From contig JALVQM010000166.1 in the NCBI GenBank assembly GCA_027025615.1, forward strand, positions 1-42,443: DNA of 42,443 nucleotides, written 5' to 3'. Origin of the DNA: Desulfobacteraceae bacterium. Lineage in GTDB: Bacteria > Desulfobacterota > Desulfobacteria > Desulfobacterales > Desulfosarcinaceae. Under the pieces are notes generated by a model. That model had not been told where the DNA came from and searched no databases. It was given only the letters and a program-made list of their open reading frames with translations. Both the position numbers and the translations under genes were made by a program. How positions within the stretch are numbered: position 1 is the first letter of the stretch; each line of letters begins with the position of its first letter. Shown here piece by piece: positions 9,334-17,792 of the stretch.

Positions 9334-10473
9334 ATGCGTATCGGTATAATCTCTACCTATCCGCCAATCGAATGCGGTATTGCCACCTATACCCAGTATC
9401 TCAGCGATGCTCTGCGCAGTTTGCAAAACGAAGTATATGTAGTTTCACATTTGGGTGGCAGCGGGCCACAGGTTTTCCCTGCATTTGACTATGATGATGG
9501 AGATCTTGCGGAAAAAGCCTTCAGGGTAATGGTCCGTCTTACACCTGACGTTGTGCACATTCAGCATGAGTTCGGGCTGTTTGGTAAACACCACGGTATT
9601 GCAGTTATTCCTCTTATAATGCAGTTCAGGATGGCAGATATACCTGTCGTTACGACTTTACATACTGTTTACCGGGAAATCTCACGTGAACATCAGGTTA
9701 TAATCGAGTCGATTTGCACCAACAGCGACCGGGTTATAGTTCATGAACCATATCAGGTAAACAGCCTGCAAAAATATCTGCCTGACGGATTATCATGCAG
9801 GGTTGCCCAGATTCCCCATGGAGCCCGCCTGTTAGAACCGGTCAGCGAAGCCAAGCAAAGGCTCGGATTGCCGGGAGACAAGAAAATAATTCTTATTATC
9901 GGTTATTTCCGGCCTTCCAAAAACTTTGAACTTGTGGTTGACATATTCCCTGAAATTTTAAGTCGTTGCCCTGAAGCAGTGCTGGTTGTGGCCGGGAAGA
10001 CACGTGGTACCGAACACAAAGCATATCGCAATTTTCTTTTCGATAAAATTGCCGGGTCTGAGGCAAAGGATAAAATTTATATAATTCGCGGCCAGCTTCC
10101 CCAGAATGTCTTTGATACCATTTTATCAGCCGCCAACGTGGTTGTGCTGCCCTATAACATCTCTTCCCAAAGCGGAATCATGGCCCATTGCTTTTCTTTC
10201 GGCAAGCCAATAGTAACAAGCAGCACGGAGGCCATGCGTCAAACACTGCAAAAAACAGGTACCGGTATAATCTGTGAAAATAATCATGATTATATTGATG
10301 CGATTGCCAGAATCCTGACAGATGATCAATTGGCAAAAAATCTGTCCCGTAAAGCCCGTGAATATGTAAAGAAAGAAATATCATGGCCGCAGGTGGCACA
10401 GCGCCATGTTGAACTTTACTCCTCTGTCATGGATATTCCCAGGATTGAGTCAAATATTATCCTTGTTGATTGA
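9334..10473 (+). CDS. GT4-family (group 1) glycosyltransferase
   Basis: MRIGIISTYPPIECGIATY N-terminus and a GT-B C-terminal half (VVAGK..., LPY..SQSGI..., GKPIV). AAGGAGGGG Shine-Dalgarno sequence. Confidence 0.8.
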   Translation: MRIGIISTYPPIECGIATYTQYLSDALRSLQNEVYVVSHLGGSGPQVFPAFDYDDGDLAEKAFRVMVRLTPDVVHIQHEFGLFGKHHGIAVIPLIMQFRMADIPVVTTLHTVYREISREHQVIIESICTNSDRVIVHEPYQVNSLQKYLPDGLSCRVAQIPHGARLLEPVSEAKQRLGLPGDKKIILIIGYFRPSKNFELVVDIFPEILSRCPEAVLVVAGKTRGTEHKAYRNFLFDKIAGSEAKDKIYIIRGQLPQNVFDTILSAANVVVLPYNISSQSGIMAHCFSFGKPIVTSSTEAMRQTLQKTGTGIICENNHDYIDAIARILTDDQLAKNLSRKAREYVKKEISWPQVAQRHVELYSSVMDIPRIESNIILVD

Positions 10474-10487
10474 AAGGAGTACATGGT

Positions 10488-11423
10488 ATGCGATATAATT
10501 TTTTCCCCTTTAAACGCCGGGATGACAACCCTATCCTGACCAAGGATGACATACCCTATTCCTGTAATACAGTTTTCAATGCTGCTGCTTGCAAAGTACA
10601 GGGGCAGTATATTCTTGTCCTGAGAATCGAAAATCAAACCGGTATTAGCCATTTAACATTGGCCCGGTCAGAGGATGGTTATAATTTTGCTATTGACCAG
10701 CATCCCTGGGTTACCCCTTCTGCCGATCCGCAATTCGAACCGTACGAACGTTATGGAATAGAAGATCCACGGGTAACATTTCTGGAAGGGGAATACTACA
10801 TTACCTATACGGCTTTCGGTCCGTTCGGCCCACGGGTAGGAATTGCAAAAACAAGTGACTTTATCTCTTTTGAACGTATAAGCCTGGCAACCGAGGTTGA
10901 CAACAAGGATGCGGTCCTGTTTCCTGAAAAAATAGGAAACTCTTACGTAATGCTGGATCGTCCGGCAGGACTTGGAAAAAGACAAGGCTCTATTTGGATC
11001 ACCTATTCTCCAGACCTGATCCATTGGGGAAAAGCCCGGGCAATCCTGGCCCCGGAACCCGGATGGGCCAACTCAAGACTAGGCGCCTGTACGCCTCCTA
11101 TTAAAACCGATAAAGGATGGCTGACCCTTTACCATGGCGTCAGGGAAACTGCTGGAGGCAAGTTGTACCGCATCGGGGCCCTGTTGCTTGATCTTGAACA
11201 ACCGGAAATCGTTATCGGTTATTCTCCTCACTTCATCTTCGGTCCTGAAGAAATGTATGAAAGAATTGGAGACGTGCCTAATGTAATTTTCCCTTGCGGT
11301 TTGATCTGCGAAAACGACGGTACAATAAAAATGTACTACGGTGCAGCCGACACGTGTATTGCTTTGGCCGAAGCAAAACTTGAAGATCTTTTAAAAATCT
11401 GTCTGGAAAATCGCAGGGGCTAA
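10488..11423 (+). CDS. GH130-family glycoside phosphorylase/hydrolase (beta-mannoside phosphorylase-like)
   Basis: NAAA.., GIEDPRVTFLEGEYYITYTAF, WITYSPDL, LYHGV, MYYGAAD are GH130 hallmarks. ATG 10488 follows AAAGGAG by 8 nt. Confidence 0.8.
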   Translation: MRYNFFPFKRRDDNPILTKDDIPYSCNTVFNAAACKVQGQYILVLRIENQTGISHLTLARSEDGYNFAIDQHPWVTPSADPQFEPYERYGIEDPRVTFLEGEYYITYTAFGPFGPRVGIAKTSDFISFERISLATEVDNKDAVLFPEKIGNSYVMLDRPAGLGKRQGSIWITYSPDLIHWGKARAILAPEPGWANSRLGACTPPIKTDKGWLTLYHGVRETAGGKLYRIGALLLDLEQPEIVIGYSPHFIFGPEEMYERIGDVPNVIFPCGLICENDGTIKMYYGAADTCIALAEAKLEDLLKICLENRRG

Positions 11424-12138
11424 ATACAATAGAACATGCTGTTTAAAAACATCCGGACGCAGGCAAAGCAAGGTAAAGTCAAACGAAGATGCTGTTTTCA
11501 TGCAACAAATGAGCGTTTTGAGAAGGATTATAACACCGTATGAGCAGGCGCAATAGTTTTTCAACAGGCTCTTACTGGCAACCAACCGTTTTTATTATTT
11601 TTTCTCAAGCAAAGTTGTAATGGGGGCATCAAACTGCGATATTCATCACGATTTCCACATATGCATACTTTTCTACCGGGGGTTGAGTAGAATCATTCTT
11701 TTTGACAATTGCCCCCCTAATAGATATATTTAGTTTAACTGCTGGCAATACCATTTTAACCAGCCCTCAGCCTCCAATTGAGACCTGAAATGCAGACTGG
11801 TCGTGCCTGCTTCAAACCCGTAATACTTAACAGGTTATTTAAAAAAGCAGCGAGCGGAGCTGAAACAAGACAAAAGAAGGTGAACAATAGACTCTATCCG
11901 GAAAATGATAATTATAACCAAGTTTTATCACAGCAATAAGCCTTATACGGCAGTTCTTTAGCAAAACCTCAAGTTATTACAGGTTTTGGACAAAAGCTTC
12001 AGCTCACAAATAAGTCTCAGCTTTTTGAACTTAACGCACATCCAGTCACCGATATTTTCATCTACTTCTGTTACGAAATCTGAAAATTCCCTGCTCTGAA
12101 AAGTTAAACGCCAGTCAGGCCGTAGAAAGGAGGACACT

Positions 12139-12564
12139 ATGGATAAAAATTCATTGCTGGTCCCTGTGGATGGATCGACCCATTCCATGAAGGCTGTCGA
12201 ATATGCAATCGACCTGGCCCGTATTCTTAAAAAACGAATAATTTTGCTCTATTGTCACAAGCCTTTTCCGGCGCTTCTGGGCGAACCATACTACCAAAAA
12301 GTCGTCAACAAAATCCTGGAATATTCCGAAGAAATGATGCAACCATATTGCGACAAACTTGAACAAAACGGAATCGATTTCATCACTCGTATACTGGAGG
12401 GCAATCCCGGCGAAAGGATCAGCGAAGTGGCCCAGCATGAAGACTGTGAGATGATAATAATGGGCAGCAGGGGACTTAGCGAATTAAAAGGCCTTATCCT
12501 GGGATCAGTAACCCATCGTGTACTTCATTCAGCCCATTGCCCCGTACTCGTTTTGAAAAATTGA
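12139..12564 (+). CDS. Universal stress protein (UspA family)
   Basis: LVPVDGS..., IIMGSRGLSELKGLILGSVTHRVLHSAHCPVLVLK. AAGGAGGA Shine-Dalgarno sequence. Confidence 0.85.
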   Translation: MDKNSLLVPVDGSTHSMKAVEYAIDLARILKKRIILLYCHKPFPALLGEPYYQKVVNKILEYSEEMMQPYCDKLEQNGIDFITRILEGNPGERISEVAQHEDCEMIIMGSRGLSELKGLILGSVTHRVLHSAHCPVLVLKN

Positions 12565-12603
12565 AAATAAAAAAGCCACCCCTCAATGTCTGCGAGGGGT
12601 GGC
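12564..12603 (-). terminator. Intrinsic terminator between convergent genes, strongest in the minus direction
   Basis: Perfect 10-bp stem GCCACCCCTC / GAGGGGTGGC (12575-12603) with a 9-nt loop. On the minus strand it is followed by TTTTTTATTT. Confidence 0.65.
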
Positions 12604-12639
12604 GCTATTGTCTGGATTCATCAGCCAACAGGATGTCAA

Positions 12640-13620
12640 TTACCTTCCACAACCGCCGCCACCGGAACCGCCTCCAGAGCCACCACCTTCTCCGCCACCG
12701 GGACCGCCTCCTTCTCCACCATGGCCCCCCATGGCACCCTGGTCTCCCATACCGCCGTGGTCACCCGAGACACTACCATGTCCCTGGCTGCTGTCACCAT
12801 AGCCGCCCATGAAACCCTGGTGCGTTTCTCCCATTGTGTTATGTTCTCCCATGGTTGTATGTCCCATGTTTTCAGGCGACATGCCTGAATGTAAAGCATT
12901 GGCATATCTGGAAGCAAGGTTGTCGGGTTCCATGGAGGAATGTGAACACTGCTCAGAGAACGACGCACGCATACTGTGCATTTGCTGCGACATATAGCCC
13001 GCCTCCAGAGCTTTAGAAACCACATCGGCTGCATGGGCCGAGCTGACACCGTGACGCGCCATGTCCCTTGCGGTCATAACTGCTTCCATTGCAAGGGAAT
13101 GCATCTGCGATGGTTGAGTATCATTTGTCTTGCTTTCCAGGTGCCCCATGATCTTGGCTGCATCCTGCTGGCTCATTCCAGCACTCAGACAGGCTGCTAT
13201 AGCCATTCCCAAACGGCTTTGTTCACTTTGGTTTTTCGAAAGTCGTGACGCCTGCTGAAAGGCAAAGGAATAGCGTGACTGCACCTGATGCATGGCAGCC
13301 ACTATCTTTTCAGGCTGGGCATGCTTAGCCATACCTTCAAATGCTTTACTGATGACAGGTTCAGGTGGCAAACCTTGCCGGCATGCGCTTATAACAACGT
13401 TTTGGGCCTTGACAATATCCTGATCATTGAAACGGGCACGAATCATGGACCTGGTCATTTCTACCGCTTTAGCCAATGGCACCCCGGCCTTGGCCATTGC
13501 CTGGGTATTGGTTTGCAGTTTAACTGACCATTGTCCGGGAATCTCGGAACCTGATTCAGTCGCATTAACCGGATTTACAATTAGCAACATCAGTAAAATT
13601 GGTAGTAAAATTTTCTTCAT
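12640..13620 (-). CDS. Secreted helical-repeat protein with a C-terminal Met/His/Gly-rich low-complexity tail (unknown family)
   Basis: Signal peptide MKKILLPILLMLLIVNPVNA. Three loosely similar helical segments (ACRQGLPPEPVISKAFEG / ACLSAGMSQQDAAKIMG / ARHGVSSAHAADVVSKALEAG). Tail NMGHTTMGEHNTMGETHQGFMGG...GGGSGGGSGGGGCGR. Confidence 0.7.
   Translation of the reverse strand: MKKILLPILLMLLIVNPVNATESGSEIPGQWSVKLQTNTQAMAKAGVPLAKAVEMTRSMIRARFNDQDIVKAQNVVISACRQGLPPEPVISKAFEGMAKHAQPEKIVAAMHQVQSRYSFAFQQASRLSKNQSEQSRLGMAIAACLSAGMSQQDAAKIMGHLESKTNDTQPSQMHSLAMEAVMTARDMARHGVSSAHAADVVSKALEAGYMSQQMHSMRASFSEQCSHSSMEPDNLASRYANALHSGMSPENMGHTTMGEHNTMGETHQGFMGGYGDSSQGHGSVSGDHGGMGDQGAMGGHGGEGGGPGGGEGGGSGGGSGGGGCGR
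12643..12888 (-). repeat. Low-complexity coding repeat (Met/His/Gly, then a poly-Gly/Ser/Glu tract)
   Basis: The plus strand shows reiterated ccgcc/ccacc units. This produces the spurious Pro-rich mirror ORF 12599..12802. Confidence 0.8.
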
Positions 13621-13684
13621 TTTTCTCCTCCGTTGTTTCCAGGTTTAACACTGAAAACGTACGGCCGGCGAAAAGGTTACAGTT

Positions 13685-14005
13685 TCAGGGCACAAAAATA
13701 CAGTTTTTCCCTCCAAAATCATCTGTCTCCGCCAGCTGACAATCAGGAACATATATCTTCCCATCAACAATGTAAAAATAAGTAAACTCTTTTTCAGCCG
13801 ACACCTCTACTACCCAGGTTGAAGAGCCACTTTGCCGTGCCTTGCGAAGTTTAAAGCTATCCAAAGAAGCAGCCAGCTGCACGTCCCGGGCATCCGGGAT
13901 CTGCAGGAAAAGCTTTACAGAGCGATTTTCTTTCTGGATATAATGCACCGGTGTACAACCAAGAATGAATATGGCCGCAAACAGCATGCAAACAATTTTA
14001 TTCAT
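13685..14005 (-). CDS. Small lipoprotein with a CBM48/AMPK-beta glycogen-binding-like domain
   Basis: Lipobox AAIFILGC. FTYFYIVDGKIYVPD...DDFGGKNCIF parallels the C-terminus of the adjacent anti-sigma factor. The start overlaps that gene's stop by 4 nt. Confidence 0.7.
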   Translation of the reverse strand: MNKIVCMLFAAIFILGCTPVHYIQKENRSVKLFLQIPDARDVQLAASLDSFKLRKARQSGSSTWVVEVSAEKEFTYFYIVDGKIYVPDCQLAETDDFGGKNCIFVP

Positions 14006-14565
14006 ACATCCCTCTTGACTTCTATAATTGAATTCTGCCCCCCGAAATCGTCCAGCTCTCGAGTTGTAATTGTAGGATCGGGAATCAGGCGCTTATTTTC
14101 AATAACGTAATTATAGCGGTGCTCCCCCACAGGCAATTTCAAATTCAGCACCCAATAGCCGGATGAATCGACCTTTTGCATGGGTACGGGCCGCCAGTTC
14201 GTAAAACTACCCACTATGGAGGCGCTGTTGACACCCGGCAGGTAGACAACAAAACGGTGCGGCATTCCTGAAGAAGCCATCTTTACCGGGGCATGCATTC
14301 CAGGATAAATGAAAAGCAGGGCCACAACCAGCATGGCAGCCACCGCAACAGGTTGCAACCATCGCCAGCGGAAAACCCTGTGACGGGGAAGCTGGATGTC
14401 AGGAATACTTTTAACCATTTCCCCCCTGAGCAACTTCTCTTGTTTGAGCAAAACAATAGTCTGGCGTTTGAATTCATTATCGTCAGCAACCTGCTCTACA
14501 AATTGAATCTTTGTATCAAGATCCAATTCATCATCAATAAACATGCTGATCAGATAACCTTTCAT
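14002..14565 (-). CDS. Single-pass anti-sigma factor with a periplasmic CBM48/AMPK1_CBM-like domain
   Basis: Short cytoplasmic N-terminus, one TM segment (PVAVAAMLVVALLFIY), then VVYLPGVNSASIVGSFTNWRPVPMQK..GYWVLNLKLPVGEHRYNYVIENKRLIPDP..DDFGGQNSI. The start overlaps the ECF sigma stop by 4 nt. Confidence 0.65.
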   Translation of the reverse strand: MKGYLISMFIDDELDLDTKIQFVEQVADDNEFKRQTIVLLKQEKLLRGEMVKSIPDIQLPRHRVFRWRWLQPVAVAAMLVVALLFIYPGMHAPVKMASSGMPHRFVVYLPGVNSASIVGSFTNWRPVPMQKVDSSGYWVLNLKLPVGEHRYNYVIENKRLIPDPTITTRELDDFGGQNSIIEVKRDV

Positions 14566-15065
14566 AACCTGTCCTCTTCCAGATATTTTCTTAATCTTAA
14601 GCGGGCACGATGCACTTTGACTTTTACGTTTGCCTCGCTGATACCCAAAAGAATGGCAATCTGCCTGTAAGACATTGCCCCTTCTGCCACAAGGGCCAGG
14701 ATTTCCCTCTGCGGATGATCAAGCTTTTGCATAGCTGCCAGAACAATTCGATATTGTTCCCTGACCATCAGGTGGTGTTCATGGTTGGTATTGGCCGGCA
14801 CTTCTTGTTCCGGCAACGATACCTGCCTGGACTTGCGACGAAAATGATCCGACATCAAATTACGTGCAATCCTGAACAGCAGGGATTCATTGGGTTCATC
14901 ATCTCCGTATCGCTCCAGGTACCGAGTAAAACTTTCCTGCATCAAATCCGCAGATAAATAATAATCACCGGTAACCTTCAACAGGTAACCGAAAAGTTTG
15001 CGTTTACAACCATTATAGAATGACTTGTAACAGTTCACGCTATCAATAACGTTCCAGGTTGCCAA
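14562..15065 (-). CDS. ECF-type RNA polymerase sigma-70 family factor
   Basis: Region 2 (LSADLMQESFTRYLERY) and region 4 HTH (MSYRQIAILLGISEANVKVKVHRARLRLR). TTG start 3 nt after the iorB stop, with AAGGTG 6 nt upstream. Confidence 0.85.
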   Translation of the reverse strand: MATWNVIDSVNCYKSFYNGCKRKLFGYLLKVTGDYYLSADLMQESFTRYLERYGDDEPNESLLFRIARNLMSDHFRRKSRQVSLPEQEVPANTNHEHHLMVREQYRIVLAAMQKLDHPQREILALVAEGAMSYRQIAILLGISEANVKVKVHRARLRLRKYLEEDRL

Positions 15066-15068
15066 AAG

Positions 15069-15662
15069 TTACACCTTTATTTCATTTTGGACATTTTTAA
15101 ACAGGTGCAAGTTGGCCTCCAGGCCGGCTCCTGCCATCAGGTCTGCCATGGCCTGCTGGTAATGGATTGACTCAACTCCTCGGACAAGGTTGTATTTATT
15201 GATCAAGCCCAGGACAGCTACATTCTGCATACGGGCATCTTGCAACTCAGGTCTATGTACCCTAATCACCCTGGCGTTGAGCGTTCGTCCCAGATCATCG
15301 ATTTGCCGGTTTTTAACAGTTTTCGCCTTGCCAAGTCGTACGTCGAGAGGTTGCCACACAGCGTCATAGTAAATAAGAGTTCCCTTTTCGCGCAACATTT
15401 CTGCCATGGCCCGCAAAGCCTCATGCCTCTCCAAGGCGATGACCAAATCTGCACAACCGCTTTGAATAAGCGGAGAATAAACAGCTTCGCCAATTCTTAT
15501 TTGAGAAACCACAATTCCACCCCTCTGGGCCAGCCCATGGGTATCGACTGCCTTGACCATGAAGCCGGCATGATCAACAGCCCGTAATAAAATTTCACTC
15601 AGCATGCCGATACCCTGACCTCCAACACCGGTTAAAAATATATTAAAGACTGAAGCCATCAT
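15069..15662 (-). CDS. iorB: Indolepyruvate:ferredoxin oxidoreductase, beta subunit
   Basis: IFLTGVGGQGIGMLSEIL...THGLAQRGG motif of the POR-gamma/IorB family. Overlaps the iorA stop by 4 nt. Confidence 0.85.
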   Translation of the reverse strand: MMASVFNIFLTGVGGQGIGMLSEILLRAVDHAGFMVKAVDTHGLAQRGGIVVSQIRIGEAVYSPLIQSGCADLVIALERHEALRAMAEMLREKGTLIYYDAVWQPLDVRLGKAKTVKNRQIDDLGRTLNARVIRVHRPELQDARMQNVAVLGLINKYNLVRGVESIHYQQAMADLMAGAGLEANLHLFKNVQNEIKV

Positions 15663-17587
15663 TGACTCTCCTTTTGTAAATGGCTGGTACCGCCCTCAAC
15701 CGTCCTGTTTCCGCCTTCCACAGGACCGGGTGCATTTATTGCTGAACTGGGGCAGGTCTGCAGGCATGAACCATCTCCGATACACAAATCGGGATTGACC
15801 TTTACCGCGCCATTTGCATGACGAACAAAACTTGGACAACCAAAACGGGCGATACAAGTCTGTATCCGTTTGCATTTTTGCTGATCGATCACTACCTGGT
15901 AGGGCCGGTAGTTCGCCTGCTTGCGCCGCTGACGGGTAAACTTTAGCATACATGGATGCCTGGCAATTACCACTGCGAACTGATCAGTGGCAACGGCCTG
16001 TTCAACTGCCAGGCGCAGCTTTTCCTGCTGGTAACTATCTGTTTCGTATATATGTTTAATACCAAGGGCTTCCAGTATCTTGCGGATGGGAATTTTTTCT
16101 GTTGCCCGGTTGAAGTTTCGGCCCGAGGCGGCATGGTCCTGGTGTCCGGTCATGGCGGTAGTCCCGTTTTCCATAACGATCAAGGTCAATGGGTGCTGGT
16201 TGAAAATTGCATTTATAATACCCGGAAGACCGGCGTGAAAAAACGTGGAATCACCGATGAAGGCCACAACCTTGCGGGTTTTGTTGAAAAGTGACAATCC
16301 AGATCCGATCCCGGTGGAAGCCCCCATACACATTAACAACTGTCCCATTTCATAAGGGGGCAAAAACCCCAGTGTATGACAGCCGATATCGGCAACGGTT
16401 ATGTCTGTATCAGCCAGTGCCTGCTTGATAGCGAAAAAAGCACTCCGGTGCCCGCACCCGGGGCACAACTGGGCGGGACGATGGGCTACCTCAAGAGGAT
16501 ATTCTTTTTTCGGCAACCCAACAATATCAGGCCAGACTTTATTTAAAACAATTCGTACCTTGTCCGGGGAATATTCTCCCATCCAGTCATCAAGATCGCG
16601 TTTGCCAACGATTTTCACTTTTAAACCCCGGTCAAAGGCCAGGGATTTTATTTCCGTTTCCAGTTCATTGTCCAGTTCCTCCAGGACTTTTACCTCCCGG
16701 TGGTTCTCAAGAAAAGAAGTTACAGTATCTGCCGCCAGGGGATAAGGCATTGCCAACTTCAGAATGTCGGGAGGCTTTGGAATATCTTTCACCACTTCCA
16801 TTAAAGAATGAAACGGCAGGCCTGCTGTAATTACTCCCCTTGCCGGGTTGCCGTTATCCACAATTGTGTTGAGATCTTGAGATTCGGCCAGCTTCCTTGC
16901 TCGCGAAAGGTTTTCCAATGCCCGTTTTTTGAATGGAAAAACAAGTGCTGCCAATGGAATATAGGGGCCATTGGCCGGATCAAACGCGGGAGTATCATCC
17001 GGCACTGCGGGCCTCCAATGACCGAAGTTTACCTTTTGTTTAGCGTGGCATACGTGGGTCGTTAATCGCAAGATTACCGCCATACCGTTTGAACGGGCAA
17101 AGGCGGCAGCCTTCAAATAGAAATGATAAACCTCCCGGGGGTCTGCTGGTTCCAGAATTGGCGTATAGCTCATCCGGGCATAATGGCGATTATCCTGCTC
17201 ATTCTGAGAGGAGTTCGCACCTGGATCATCCCCTAAAACAATCACCATTCCACCGGTAATATTCATCATGCTCAGCTGCACAAAAGTATCTGCCGCCACG
17301 TTTAGGCCGACACTTTTGAAAAACACCGTTGACAAGTGCCCATTTACCGCCGCCCCGTAAGCAACTTCGGTGGCAACCTTTTCATTGGTTGAAAACTCAA
17401 AATAAAAAGGCCTCTGCTCCGGCGGAATTGAGCCTATGGCAGTGGCTATTTCCGGCGTGGGCGACCCGGGGTAGGAGGTAACCACTCTTGTTCCTGACTC
17501 TATCATAGCCCTGACCAGAGCAGTGTTTCCCATTACCAACTCGGCAAACGGCTCCCGGGTCAGAAGCATGTCCTTCATTTTCTTCAT
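15659..17587 (-). CDS. iorA: Indolepyruvate:ferredoxin oxidoreductase, alpha subunit
   Basis: GNTALVRAMIESG..SYPGSP, TPP motif GDSTFFHAGLPG, and C-terminal cysteine clusters CKRIQTCIARFGCPS and CIGDGSCLQTCP. The start is set at ATG 17587 behind AAGGGGGGA. The tracked start at 17641 has no Shine-Dalgarno sequence. Confidence 0.85.
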   Translation of the reverse strand: MKKMKDMLLTREPFAELVMGNTALVRAMIESGTRVVTSYPGSPTPEIATAIGSIPPEQRPFYFEFSTNEKVATEVAYGAAVNGHLSTVFFKSVGLNVAADTFVQLSMMNITGGMVIVLGDDPGANSSQNEQDNRHYARMSYTPILEPADPREVYHFYLKAAAFARSNGMAVILRLTTHVCHAKQKVNFGHWRPAVPDDTPAFDPANGPYIPLAALVFPFKKRALENLSRARKLAESQDLNTIVDNGNPARGVITAGLPFHSLMEVVKDIPKPPDILKLAMPYPLAADTVTSFLENHREVKVLEELDNELETEIKSLAFDRGLKVKIVGKRDLDDWMGEYSPDKVRIVLNKVWPDIVGLPKKEYPLEVAHRPAQLCPGCGHRSAFFAIKQALADTDITVADIGCHTLGFLPPYEMGQLLMCMGASTGIGSGLSLFNKTRKVVAFIGDSTFFHAGLPGIINAIFNQHPLTLIVMENGTTAMTGHQDHAASGRNFNRATEKIPIRKILEALGIKHIYETDSYQQEKLRLAVEQAVATDQFAVVIARHPCMLKFTRQRRKQANYRPYQVVIDQQKCKRIQTCIARFGCPSFVRHANGAVKVNPDLCIGDGSCLQTCPSSAINAPGPVEGGNRTVEGGTSHLQKESQ

Positions 17588-17718
17588 CTTTCCCCCCTTT
17601 CGTGTCATTTGCCGCAGTAAACCCTGAACAAGCATAAACATTAAGCGACAACCGGAAAATCAGTCGTTCCCTGGTTTACCAATAATATAGCCGGAAAGAT
17701 AAAAAGTAAGGGCTGACT

Positions 17719-17757
17719 CAAAAAAACAGGGGAACTACGGCATAGCCGTCGTCCCCC
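17719..17757 (-). terminator. Rho-independent terminator of the double-receiver gene
   Basis: The minus strand reads GGGGACGACGGC-TAT-GCCGTAGTTCCCC followed by TGTTTTTTTGAG, 36 nt after the stop at 17793. Confidence 0.7.
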
Positions 17758-17792
17758 AAGGGTTGTAATTTAGAGAGTTTAATCAGGTTTTA

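Noticed and set aside
12599-12802. A Pro-rich ORF (PPPEPPPEPPPSPPPGPPPSPP...) that looks like an extensin or collagen-type repeat protein.
   Set aside because: It is the reverse-complement reading of the Gly-rich tail of the minus-strand secreted protein (GGN codons read as NCC). The minus-strand gene has a signal peptide, a Shine-Dalgarno sequence and a terminator. The plus-strand ORF has none of these.
17588-17641. N-terminal extensions suggested by the ORF track, for example iorA from 17641, the kinase from 24085, the MFS transporter from 24227, carbamate kinase from 33943 and the hybrid kinase from 35073.
   Set aside because: In each case an internal ATG is preceded by a good Shine-Dalgarno sequence at 5-9 nt and gives an N-terminus typical of the family. 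The longer versions start at non-ATG codons or lack a Shine-Dalgarno sequence.
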